Assembly: GCF_011745625.1 (NCBI RefSeq)
Contig: NW_027191504.1
Coordinates: 1-64,000 of the forward strand
From: Cladosporium halotolerans
Taxonomy: Eukaryota
Length of the DNA stretch: 64,000 nt
Reading direction: 5' to 3'
This document shows, in pieces, positions 1 to 11,842 of the stretch; the stretch's first letter is position 1; the number at the start of each line of letters is the position of its first letter. Made by a program: the position numbers and the translations under genes. Below the pieces are notes generated by a model, which saw only the letters and a list, made by a program, of their open reading frames with translations, made no database searches and was not told the origin of the DNA.

Positions 1-2451
1 GGAGGGGGAGGTGGTGGGGTTGGGGTTTGTTGTTGTTGAGGTCTGTGCTGGGGGTTCGGTTCTGCTTGTCGTTATGGTGATGGCTGCTGGAGGGCCTGGT
101 GGTGGGCTTGGGGTTGCTCGAGGGGGAGGGCTGGGAGGGGTCGGTGAGACGGCTGGGGGGAGGGTGAAGTCTGCGTCTGTCGTTGTTGTGTCGGCTTCGC
201 TGTTGGGTGGGGTGCTGCTGGCGGCGGAGCTGCTGTCTTCCGTGATGCTGGTTGCTTGGTCGGGGTATTCGGTGGGGCTGGAGTGGATGTCTGGAGGGCC
301 GCCTTCTTCTTCTTTGCTGGTAGGAGAGTCTTCGCCCTCCTTGATGGTGTCCGTTTCTCTCTTGATGTCCTTTTTCTTCTTCGGCTTCTTGGTCTTTTTG
401 GCCTTCTTCTTTCTCTCCTCTTCCATTGCATCCGCAATTCTCTGCTTTCTCAGCTTCTCCCTCACTCGGTTCTTCATGCTTACCTCTCTGCCTTTCTTCG
501 ATTGCTTTGTTGCCACTGCTCTCGCGTCATCGCGGATATCTTTCTCGTGAGCTTTCTCCATTGCTCTCAGATTCCCTTTAGACTTTGCGTAATCGTACCG
601 CCTCCCGACTTCGAGAACTTTGTCTTTCCGGTCCTTCGCATACTGATTGATAGCTTCGGCTGCTGTGAGTTGAGCTGTTCGCGACGCGGTGACCTTGAAG
701 ATGACGCTGTACGTGCCCGGCTCCACGTCGTCCAACTCGGCGGAAACAGAACGCGTGAGAACCGCTGCATTGCCCGAGTTGTGCATGCTGCGGACCAAAT
801 ACCTGTCCGACCCCTTTTTGTAAACACGGAAGTGCAACGAGTACATATAACGCCCTTCGAGGCCGTAGAAGTACCGCTCATCCGGCTGCGAGAGCACGAT
901 GACCAGAGGTCCCCGCTCCGTCACAGTCAATTCGAATTCCGTATCGAGGTAGTCTGGCGTCCAAGGCACACTCACGCAAGTCCACTGCTGCGCGACTTTC
1001 CATTCTTTGTTGAACAGCCGCACACGATTGATATGGTGGAAGTGCTTGAGGAAGTCTTTGTAGGAGATCCAAAATACGCCGTCGTTGCCAAAGGCGTGTC
1101 CCAGCTTCGTCATGAGCTCCGGCGTCCACATCTTGCTGCCGTCGCTCCAGTCGCCTTCCCACTCACCCTCGCCCCAAGGATTACGCAGCTTGAGCAGCTT
1201 GAGGTCGCCTTCTTCATAGACCCGAAGGACCGTGTACGCATGGCCGCCGACGAAGCCTTTGGACGATTTGCTGTGCGTCCCGCCGCCGAAGAGGTAGAGC
1301 TCGTTGACTTTGCTCAGCTGCTCGGTCCAGAAGCGGTCTTTGTCCATGATGTCTTCAGGGTTGATGACGACGGCCACCCCACCGGTAAGGTCTTCGATAG
1401 CCTCGCTCGAGGAGCCGCCTTCGATGGCGCAGTAGTCCCCGTGGGCTTTGGCGTATGCCTTCTCGATCAGAGGCAGCCAGGTCTCGTCGGAGTTGCAGTG
1501 GCTGAAGTACAGAGCTTTCCCACCCCGCTGGAGAGTTTCTTTGAGCTTGTCGCTGTCATGTGGGAGGGACGTGCCTTCTCGTGATTTCCGGTTCCAGTCG
1601 CGGATGACGCTGAGTTCATCTTCGTTGCCAACTCGTAAGTAGAGCTGTTGGAATTATCAGTCTGTCAGCTTGAACCACTTTGCTATCGCTTTTTGCTGTT
1701 TACCTTGTCGTCTATGACTTCGTAGATCCATTCGCCATCTGTCAAAACCTATTAGAAATTCCGTTTAGGATAGCAATCAAAAGTGAAACACACCTCGATA
1801 GAACACGAACCCATACACGCCCACCTTCTCATTTCTCATCACACAAACATCATCAATCAACTCCTTCTTCGCACTGATCGCCATCAACGCCGCCAAAAAC
1901 CAACAATCGCCCCCGCTCCCCTGATGGATATCCGTCGGCGTCGCCCCATCGACGAAAAACTGCGGCTTGTCAAAAATATCCTCCACCCTCTTCACCCACG
2001 GCGGCGCATCGATCTCATCGACAGCACTACAGAACTCCCCCGCCAGATTCGTAAAGCAGTACGCGCTCTCCTCCGGATTGAACAGCGCGTCCCGATACTT
2101 CTGGTTCAGCCGCGTGCACTCCTCGACGATCGCCGCGACCTTCGCGCGGCACTCGGCGGCCGCCTGCTCCCAGGACGTCGCGGCGTTCTCCGCGACTCGC
2201 AGGCCGTCGGCGCCCGGGTCCGCGGCGATGGCGGCTTTCGTCGCCTCGAGCTTGCGCGAGGCGCGCGAGGTGCGTTTGGCGCGCTTGGGCTGCACGGACA
2301 GGAAGCGGTCCCAGGTTGGGTAGAAGTAGTCTGTCTTTGCTGGGGCGGAGGGGGGTTTGGGCGCGGTGTCTTTCACCAGGCGCACGGCGATGGGGAGGGG
2401 TTCGGGCTCGGGTTCGGTCATTACGGTGCGGATGGTTACGAGGCCTTTCAT
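1..2451 (-). CDS. Calpain-like cysteine protease (peptidase C2), 3' end outside window; exons 2451-1794, 1738-1704, 1644-<1
   Basis: Catalytic motifs QGSGGDCWF (Cys), GGHAYTVL (His) and LRNPWG (Asn), plus WEGDWSD and DGVFWISY. GT-AG introns join YGFVFYR|DGEWIYEVIDDK|LYLRVG. The frame stays open to position 1 (Lys/Glu-rich, then Pro/Thr-rich tail). Confidence 0.92.
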
Positions 2452-5400
2452 TGTGTTGCTTGGGGGTTGAGGCTATGGGTGAGGGATGGGGTGATGGATC
2501 GCGCGTTGGCGCTGGGAGGGGAGAATGGGAAGTGAGAGGGGAGTGTTTGGGAGGAGCATATCTTCGGCGCGGCCGTGGGATGTCTTACTGTAGGCAACAC
2601 GGCTCAGCAGCGAGGCGCCACTCTCGACGTGCATGTGTTCGTGCGACCCCAAAGAGTGCAGCTGCGCAGGCATGTGCGGAAGGCCAATCGAGCTCGCGTT
2701 GCCTGATATACCCTCTGCACTGTACTTATGCATATCATCGTCAGCCAGCAGGCAGGACGAATGAGCGCGTGGAGTCGGGGTGGCAACCAGTACGTGGCGA
2801 TCCATACGTGAGGCGACTCATTCTGAACCGGTGAAGCTCCGGACTCGCACGGTTGGACTGCGTGCAAGTATGTGGTGGCGCGGCTTGCTGGCCGGTGAGG
2901 CTGACATGTGTTGTCCTGGTCAGATGTCCTTCGAGAGCGGAACTCCGACTCTGTCCTCGACGAGACGTGCCAAACTCATGTCCATCTCTGATCAAGCACC
3001 CCAGAATCCACGATGTGACCTGGATGGCGATTCCCCCCTCTGCACTATCGAGCAGTGGTTGTTCCTCTAGGAGAACCACAGAATTGTTGTTAATGCATCG
3101 GGCCAGACCGCAGCAGCTCGATCCTGCACCTGAGCGCCATCTCCGTGGCCCCGCTAGAACCAAGAGCCGCGTCACTCAGCTACCAGCAGGACATATCTTG
3201 TGTTCGAGGCCAAGTGACAAGCCTGGCTTTTGCGACACAAAACCTTTCTGAAAACCTCGTGCAAGCACCAGATACGGCAGTGTCTTGCCACAAGCTGCGG
3301 TCGTGCTACGCTGCAGCCATGTTGACACGCGGTGTCAAGCTATCTTGGAGCGAGAGCAAGCTGTGCCAGATCTCACCAACACTGATTGCTACTCCCTGCC
3401 ACGTGATCGAATTCTCAGTCTGATTGTAAAGTTTCAGAGTCGAGAGCTTCATCAGCAATATAAGAAAGGAGAGTCATTGGCAAAACAGGGAGGCTCAAGT
3501 CAGCATCCATGTATAGGATCAGTACTTTGTGCCTGAGGCGAGAATTATGTGCCGCTGCGCATCACGTGCTATCGAGCACAGGTACCGGTCGACCGGATGA
3601 ACGGTTGACTACTCTCGCCTCGTCAAATACAAGATACATCATGTCGTGCCAAGTATGGCGATACAAGCCATATGACACGTGGAGTGCACGTAGCTTACAC
3701 GTACTGTGACCGCCGCGTTTTTCAAGAAGGCTGGCATGTCTGGCTGTCCACGCACACACCAAAGCTATACGACCTCATACGTTGAGCTTATGATCTTCAT
3801 AAAACCCCGCAATGCCAACCTCTGGGAAGGCTAGGAGCGATAATTGAACCATACCTATACTGCTGTGCCCGGTTGTCGGGCCGCTGAGCGAGCTCTCCAA
3901 CCACGCCAATAGACACGTCTATATACCGGGCTTTTATGGTAACGGCCCCAGCGATATCGCCAGCAAACGGGCGAACGCCCGGAGCCAGCAACACGCGCGC
4001 TTTATCGTCGGAAACCGTCGGCGGATTTTCGCACCTCCGTTTCTTCACGTTCGCATGAGTCTGGGGCGCTTGTGGCTCGGAAGTCTGGACGCGCTGCACG
4101 GCGGCCCAAAGTCAGGCCACGGGTGCAGTCTGGCTGGTGGTGGCACCCCTCCTCCTGCATCGACGACGCGAACTATCACTGCAGCACACGGGCAGAAAGA
4201 GCCAGAGCAGAGTTTTCATTGGCCTGCGGCTGCATGATATTGCACAGTGATATGCTTCGATGGAAGTCCGCCTCGGAACGCTCCCCTTTGCGCGGTCCGT
4301 GAAGTCTGCTGGGAAACACTTGCCCTGAGCGCAGGGCTGGTCTTGTGCGCCATGTCCGCATTGGCTCTTCCATATTTACCGTGGCAGAAGCTCGCCATGG
4401 CTGGCAGCGTGGGCGCCGCAAAGCATGTTCTCAGGAGGCCAGGCGGTGTTCGCAGGTGATTGGCCACGGCATGCGACTCACGGTACAGGCGCGTGGCGTT
4501 CCGTCGGCGAGAGATAGAGTTTTGAAGTCTCCAACACATGGGAACGTTTGTTTCCAGATGAGGAAACAGACCTGCGGGGTTTATTTCATACGAAGTGGCA
4601 TCGTCGACGTTGGCCTGATTCGTGAAAGGGATTGCCGTGGTAGAAGCGCACGATGGCCAATCCTCGAGCTAGCAGCACCTTCGCGGAGGGTGGACGTCGG
4701 GGTATTCTTGTGCAGACGACTCTGGTGCACGAGCACACCGGCAGCAGCAGGCTGTCCGGACGATGATGCAGAGCCAAGGGTATGTACCGGCGACGATGTT
4801 TCACGTTGCTGGGTGCAGGCCTGCCCCCTCGAGCGCTACGCCATCATGCAGCCATCCATCCATACTTTTGCACCGCGCACAAGAATAGAGATGGCACGCT
4901 CGAGCACACCTCCGCACCGCATTATTGTGTTCAGGGAGGCCGCCGCCGCCCTAGCCTCTCGCCCCGTCCCATTCTTTCTCGTCGGCGCGCTCAAGCGCGC
5001 AGATAGCGCGCCCCCGGCCAGTCGATCCCTTGATCCCCAGCGTCGCGCAAGCTTCAACCCGCCTGCCCGCCCCCTGTTGCGGCCCTGCCCTGGCCTGACC
5101 CTGAACGGTGGCACTGAGACTCTCCACCCTTCCACCGCACCCACCGCACCCACTGGCCGCGGCTTCAGCACCTCAGCATTCCTGAGCCATCACCTGAACC
5201 TGTCGCACTCGCCCAGCCTGCGCGCGAACGCCTATACCACCCACAACACTATAGCGACGCGCGACCTGCCGACTGCTCGCTTGTGCCTGTCGCTCTCCGC
5301 CTCTCCCTGCTCTGCGGCCCGCCGTGCATCTCTGTCTCCATCTTTCTCTCCTCCAGGCACAACAGCACACGCACACGCACACGCACCCTGTCTCGCCACG

Positions 5401-5936
5401 CCTGCGCGACGCTTTCGTGACAACCACCGACACCCTTCCTATCTCTCTTTAGCCCAAGGACCCGAATTACTCTCAACCAGACGGGTCGACCACCTCACCT
5501 GCTTGCGCATTGCAGAGGACGAATCATAAAGCAAATCGCTGCAAGATCACGACTACCGCCCAGACAGCTGCACTGCGAACCATTCGAGCTATGGACATGA
5601 TTGCGCCGCAGAGTGGCACCTCCACCAAGCTTTGAGCCGCGGTCGCACGACATCGATCGGAAAGCCGCAGTTGCATCCCGCCTTCGTGTCACTTCGCGGG
5701 CGACAGGAGCCGCATCCTCACTTGCTACCATTTTCCGTCATCCCGCCGCCAATAGCAGCTTGTGTAGCTGCACGATCCTAAAGCAGCCCCTTCGCGCCCA
5801 AATCCCTGCCTCTGGCGCATGAAGAGAGCGCACACAACGTGTTCAGGTGCATCCGAGGTGGGAGTTGTAGGGCTGCAGAACAGGCGCGTGGTCTTCGACG
5901 GCTGTGCGCCTGCATTCGGTTTCGAGGGCAGACGCC

Positions 5937-8900
5937 ATGATGCATGGCAGCAACGCCTCTGTCTCGGCGGTTGAAGGTCCAGGAAGCTCCACTGTTTCCA
6001 AACACCATCGCGCGTCAACGCGACCCAAGTCGAGCTCTTCGGCGAACACAGTCAAGCGCACCGGCTCACTAAGCTCACCTTCAAGTAGCGCACGCAACTC
6101 TGTACTCCCAATGGGCTCGCAAAGCCCCGGAGACACCTCCCTGATCGCCTTGCGCCTCGCTGGAGGCGCAACTTCACAAAGCAAAAGAAGAAGGAGCAGT
6201 GCAATGGAGGGAGACAAGCCTACGGTCGATGGTCTGGGCAACTTGAACCGCTGGTCGCAATCTACAGATGCTAGCGCTTCATCACCCAACTCTCGCAGAA
6301 AGCGAGCCAGCAGTGGTGCCGCTTTGCCCGGGCTTGGGTCCCAGCCAATGTCACCTCCAAGGGCCTCTCGACAGCTCATCGACCACTCTCCGCGCGCGAG
6401 CCCTAGCAGGAAGAATGGTCAAGGTCTCTTTTCACAATACTCGCCAGCGGCTAGTCCCGCAAGAGGCCGAAGGCAGGTGTCTAACCCGACCAACAGCATT
6501 CCCGTGAGACCGCATCCTTCACTTTACACGACATCATCACATGCAGACGCAAACGACACGGAGTCACCCTCAACTGTGAACACAATGACACCTTTATCAT
6601 CCGGCCAGGCGACACCTTCGACACATTCATCATACGCTCATGATTACTTCGGCGGCGATGCCTCACCTCAGGAGACTATGAAGGGTCACCGACCTACGAT
6701 GTCACGCAACCTAACATCACCCGGCGCTGCTTTGAACTACTCGCGCATGCCTCGCACGGAAGCTTTGCAAGAGTCGGCGCATCGGAGGAGGCAGTCGGAA
6801 ATGTTAGGTGTACCGGACAATGATACCCGCCCGACAACAGCTACAGGAGCAACAGATAAATCAGGCGAGCGACGGCCACGAACAAGAGAGCGAACAGAGA
6901 AGGACAAGAAGGCCATGCTGTCAAAGGCACTGCAGAAGGCGAACACTGCGGTATTATTGGATAATGCACAGAATTTCGAGGCGGCATTGGAAGCGTACAG
7001 TGATGCTTGCCGACTGCTGCAGCAGGTCATGGACCGCAGCTCAGGCGCAGAGGATAAGCGGAAACTGGAAGCGATTCGGGTCACATACACTACCCGCATT
7101 GAAGAGCTTCAGGAGTTGGAGGACAGCCAGCCGCAAACACGCATGGAAAAAGGTCTGCCTTCGCGGCCACTGAGCGATGACGGCAGCGTTAAGAGCCCTG
7201 AAATCGATCGCTCTAGCCCGGTGGAGGAGTCAAGTGAATTGGTCGAAGAGCCTACGGTGATTGAGACAGCGAGGATGACACGCATCGTCGATGTCCCGCA
7301 ACTCTCGCAACCCGTGGGTAACAGGGACAGCTTCTTTTCGAGAACGCTCGCGGACGTCGAGCGAGCTGGTTCCAGTAACGGAGACTCATCGAGAGCACCC
7401 TGGCACTCGTCGCATTACCAAACGGAAGATGGCCAAAGCCAGAGATCCGAGTTTCCCATTGACGCGAACACCGCCCGACTTCCGCCACCGGACAATCCGC
7501 GGAACACATACATGCCTGCGCCGCTTCTGCCTCGTAAGCAGTCTTCTCCCACCTTGGACTCCGCAAATGATTCAGAATGGGGCCAGCTGGAGCGTGAGAC
7601 ACCTTCGCAACAGCCAGAAGACGCTTCAAGAGATCGAGCAGAGAGCAACGCGTCGGTTTCATGGCTGGACACGATCGACGAGTCTGGGTCTTCGTCTTCG
7701 TCGGTGCACTCTGTGTCCTCGGACAGTGGGCTACACCGAAAGCACATCAGGAACCAGACGGCGGAGACGGATCCTGATTTCGACGCGGCGTTCGACGCGG
7801 CCGTGGAGGCAGCATACAACGAAGGTTTGGAGCCGGATCTCGATGAGCCATCTCGACGGCAGACTATTCAGCCTAATGGGCAACGAAACATGAGCTTTGA
7901 CGAAGACGTATCTCCCAAGGATCTGCGCAACATAGAGCAAGACTTTGATGACGAGGAGGAAGAGCGGATACTGAACGAATTTACGCAAGACTACGGCCAC
8001 GGGTTTAACTTCGACTTGCAATCGAAGTCAGCCCTTCCCAGGCAATCCGATTCGAGCGGGTATTCTCGAAGCACGTGGCAGAGCTCGCAGGTCTCTGACC
8101 GCAATACCGCTGGGTCGTCGCTGTCTACTGTTCCTGAGACCTCGTTGTCAGCACGCTTCTCTGGCAAACCTGCAAGCACGATCTCTTCCACGAACACCGT
8201 CCGAGCAGATGCTCCTCCAGGCCCACCGCCTACGAGCGCCCTACCGCAGCCTCCCAGCCCGAACGACAAGCGTGCTTCCACCGTACGCAATAGGCGCTTG
8301 TCCGGCCAGAACCCCAAACAGCTTCGAATCGAGACCACTGGCCCGCGGTCGGTTAGCCGAAAGCGGGCATCAACATTCCATCACTCTCCTAGTGCATCTA
8401 TGACCGATGAAGAGCAACGAAACAGGATCTTCGGAAGTGACGTACTGATTGGTGCTCCATTGGAAGCTTCGACGTCGGATGTGCAGCATGAAAATGTTCT
8501 GCACTCACCGCCATACATCGATATCAGGTCTCAGCCTTCGATCGGCAATCTAGCCTCGAGCGCAGCATCACAGGAGCTGGGTGATGATGATGAGAACCCT
8601 GGTGAGCTTCGACCCAGTAAGCCGAATCTGTTCCGGAAGAACAAGTCCTCGCTTAGTCTGCGAGATCATCAATTCGGCTTGCCTCTGAGAGATGATTTTG
8701 ATCAACCAGCCTCCACACCTATGAGTGCAACTTTCGCGACGCTGAGGGCCAAGCAGAGCCTAGAACCTCTCACGTCTCAGCGTAGCAACTTCCCGATGCC
8801 TGCCATGCCAGGCATGGATGGCCAACAGGTCAACGGGGCGTACCTGTTTGACACGTCACTGTCAGCCTCACACCCACCCTCCTCGCCTAGAAGCCCTTCA

Positions 8901-10388
8901 GAAGTGTCACAACCTGCTGGCCTCGAGCCCTGCCCAGAATCTTTCCTTCTCCGTCCTTTCTGGCTAATGCGCGCTATCGGCTCGTCGATCACTCATCCTC
9001 GGGGTGGCTTCGTGACGAGCCGCCTGTTCGTACCACGTGATGTGTGGCAGACCCGTGGCGTCAAGCTCAAGTCGATGGACGAGAAGATCGCGAACTGCGA
9101 CCTGCTCACCGCCGCTCTGGGGCGAATTGCGGGCGTCGACACGTACGATGCAGACGCCGTGATGGAGGAGCTGCAAGGATTCGAAGAGGTCATGGAGCGC
9201 GTGCAAGCGACGCTCACTAAGAAGCTCGGCTCTGACGTCGGCGTCCACGGCGCCATGTCCATGTTCAGGGATGCGGGCTCCATGGGCGCCAACGGCAGCT
9301 CGAGTGCGGCTCCAAACTCCGACGCCGCCAGCACGACAGACAAGGCCGCGAAGTCCAATTCCGGCAAGTCGTACCTCTCGTCCTGGCGCAAGCTCCGCAA
9401 CAAGAGTTCCGGCACACCGCTGTCGGGCAACCACTCCGCCAAATCCGGCACGGGCGCTGCTTCGATCATTGATCGATCAGAACTGCAGACCATGGCCTCG
9501 GTGCCCATGACGAGCTACATCCCCGTCGAGCGCAGAGGACAGAAGTCCGCGCCGAATCTCAAGAACATGGTGTTCGAAGGCCCACAGAAGGACTACATGG
9601 GCAGCCTTGCACGCCTGGTGCAAGGCATCGCCATCCTCGGTAAGTCGGATCACATTTCCTCTCCCCCTTCTCTCTGAGTCACACAGTGCATACCGCTCGC
9701 TCTCTCGCTCGCGCTGCCCGTCCAAAACACCCTCAAAAACCCCACCGCCTCGCTTAGGCTCTAGCGCGCGAATCCGTCCAAATGCAGGACGTTGTTGCCG
9801 CCGGACCCTGCTCCCCGACTTCTCGCAGAGCCCAAAACAGGCATCATCCTGGTTGCCGGCTTACGCTCGCTTGCACGTCTGCTCGGTCGGAAAAAGAAAG
9901 ATCGACGTCGACGACGCATCCCGCGAGCGGAGAGAAAGGCAAAAAGAAAAGACCCGCAAAGCCCTCCAGATCAGCGCCGAAACACCCTTCGCTTAAGCAC
10001 CCTTGCCCTCGCACCTGCCCACCCGACCAACGCTCCAGCGAGGAAAATCCCACCACCCCACCCCACCTCACCCGGCCCGCCACATCACCCAGCACATCAT
10101 CTCTCCCAGCCCTAAACCCTCGCCTGCGGCCACACCACACAAAACAACCACCAAAACACTCCCCCAACCACTCCTCGCTAACGTCCCTCTGTGTTCCTAG
10201 ACCAAATCGCCCGCCAAGTCGAAGACCCGGGCCTGAAGCACAGCTCGCAGACGCACGTGGGGCTGGAGCTCAGCATCCGGCACGCGGCGGAGTTCTTCGC
10301 GTTTTACGTCTGCCGCTTCGTGCTGGCGGACTTGGGAGTGTTGATGGATAAGTTTGTCAAGAGGGGGACGGAGTGGGCGCTTGCTTGA
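5937..10388 (+). CDS. MIT-domain-containing fungal protein; exons 5937-9639 and 10201-10388
   Basis: 1257-aa ORF containing a MIT-like three-helix segment (KAMLSKALQKANTAVLLDNAQNFEAALEAYSDAC...YTTRIEEL) and an ordered C-terminal block (EPCPESFLLRPFWLMR). Donor GTAAGT at 9640 and GCTAAC...CCTAG acceptor at 10200 continue the frame (ILDQIARQVEDPGLKHSS...WALA*). Confidence 0.88.
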
Positions 10389-11611
10389 TTTGACATTAGA
10401 TTTTTTGGGGATGGGGATGGGGAGGGAGGAGGGAGTTTTGGGAGTTTTTGGTTTTTTTTCGGTTTGGTGGTTGGTCTTTGATGGGCTTCGCGATGATATC
10501 CCCCCCTTCCGAACGGTTCCGCTCGTTTATACTGCACTGCCTACGCTTGAGGAAGATATCGATATTGCTTTCGGGTTTTGGTTCTTGGGTTCAGTCGTCT
10601 TTTTTCGGCATGGGTTTGGGCATGGGACAGGATGGGTTAGATCTAGATCTAGAGGTAGAAGTAGATGAAGAACAAGACAGAATAGAGGAACACCGAGGGT
10701 GGGAAAATGAGAAAGCGATGGGCATGGTTATGATTTTCGGTCTGAAGGCGATGTCGTATCGTTTTATTCGATGAAACACCGTTTTTCGATGAGGATACTA
10801 AATCAATAAATGGATATCCTGTGCCCTTCTTGTAAGCCGAATTGTTTCCGTGAGTCGTGCATGCATGCGACTTCCTCCCATTCGGCTCGTCTTCCCTCGC
10901 CGAATGTTTCTCGTTCGACGGAGCGAGCGAATCGCTGCCTGCGCGATCCCTCGCTGCTGCGTCTCCTCGTACTCGATCGAGGCAGTCGAGCGTATAACAC
11001 CGCGACGCCGTCGATCGGCTCCGGACCAACCGAGTCGGACTCGACGCCTCGCCAAGAAGCGCGGTTTCCCATTCTACACGCCCGCGCAGCGAGCTTGCAG
11101 ACTGAGGTCGATGCGGATGCAATTGGAGTTTTGAAGGTTGAGGTCCGAACTGGGTGAGACGACCTGCGTCTCGCCGGGGAGGGTTGGATGGATGGGTGGA
11201 TGGTTGGTTGGTTTGATGTCGTGGCCGTTAGACTCGGCCAGCGAGTGTGATGTGAGGTGGAGACAGAGGTGGATGCAGAAGCCGTTCAGCGTCTTTAGGC
11301 GTCGACCGGCGAGCTGGAGATGGTTGGGTTTGGACGGGTTGGGTATCGAGGGTCGTGGCGGGTCGTGGACGTTTTCGTCGTGACGGGGCGATCCGGGCCC
11401 GGGTTGGCGTGATAGTTGAGGTTGGTTCAGGTGCGAGATTAAGAGTTGTGGTAGAGTCATGAAGGGCGGTAGGGTGGAGTGTGTGGGCTCGGACAGTCCT
11501 GCGTCTGGAGCCTAGTGTCGGGGTCTGGGAGTGGTGTTAGCTGCTGTCGACTGAGTTGATCGTTCATCGTGCTTACTTTACTACGCTGAATCGATGGGAC
11601 GATCGTCTCAT

Positions 11612-11842
11612 TCAGCCGGCTTTTTTCGGAGCTGTCATGCTCTTCAGCATGGCTTCTTTGCAGGCCGAATGGCCGCAGACGACCCGTTGCAGGGCTTGAA
11701 AGCGTTGGATATCGTTGGAGACGCCTTGGAGGAAAGACTGGTAGACGATATTGGAAGGGTCGTTGGTTTGCTTTGTTTTCGAAGCGGAAGTTGTGGAGCC
11801 GTTGTTGGCCAGGTAGATGCAGAAGGTAAGGTCCATGGCCAT
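11612..11842 (-). CDS. Candidate small protein (76 aa, MAMDLTFCIYLANN...)
   Basis: ATG in good context (ccacaATGg), a C/A-rich leader and TATAA at about 12049-12053 on the minus strand. It lies in an otherwise gene-free 4.5 kb gap. No homology recognised. Confidence 0.4.
   Translation of the reverse strand: MAMDLTFCIYLANNGSTTSASKTKQTNDPSNIVYQSFLQGVSNDIQRFQALQRVVCGHSACKEAMLKSMTAPKKAG

Noticed and set aside
256..1584. 442-aa plus-strand ORF and similar long antisense ORFs (15337-16536, 37344-38033, 52210-53052, 57505-58365, 62577-63284)
   Set aside because: They mirror recognisable genes on the opposite strand, as expected from GC-rich codon usage, and show no motifs of their own.
4345..5529. 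394-aa ORF upstream of the MIT gene
   Set aside because: Arg/Pro/Ala-rich, non-ATG start, and spans a pyrimidine-rich promoter/leader and a GCACAC microsatellite; probably spurious.
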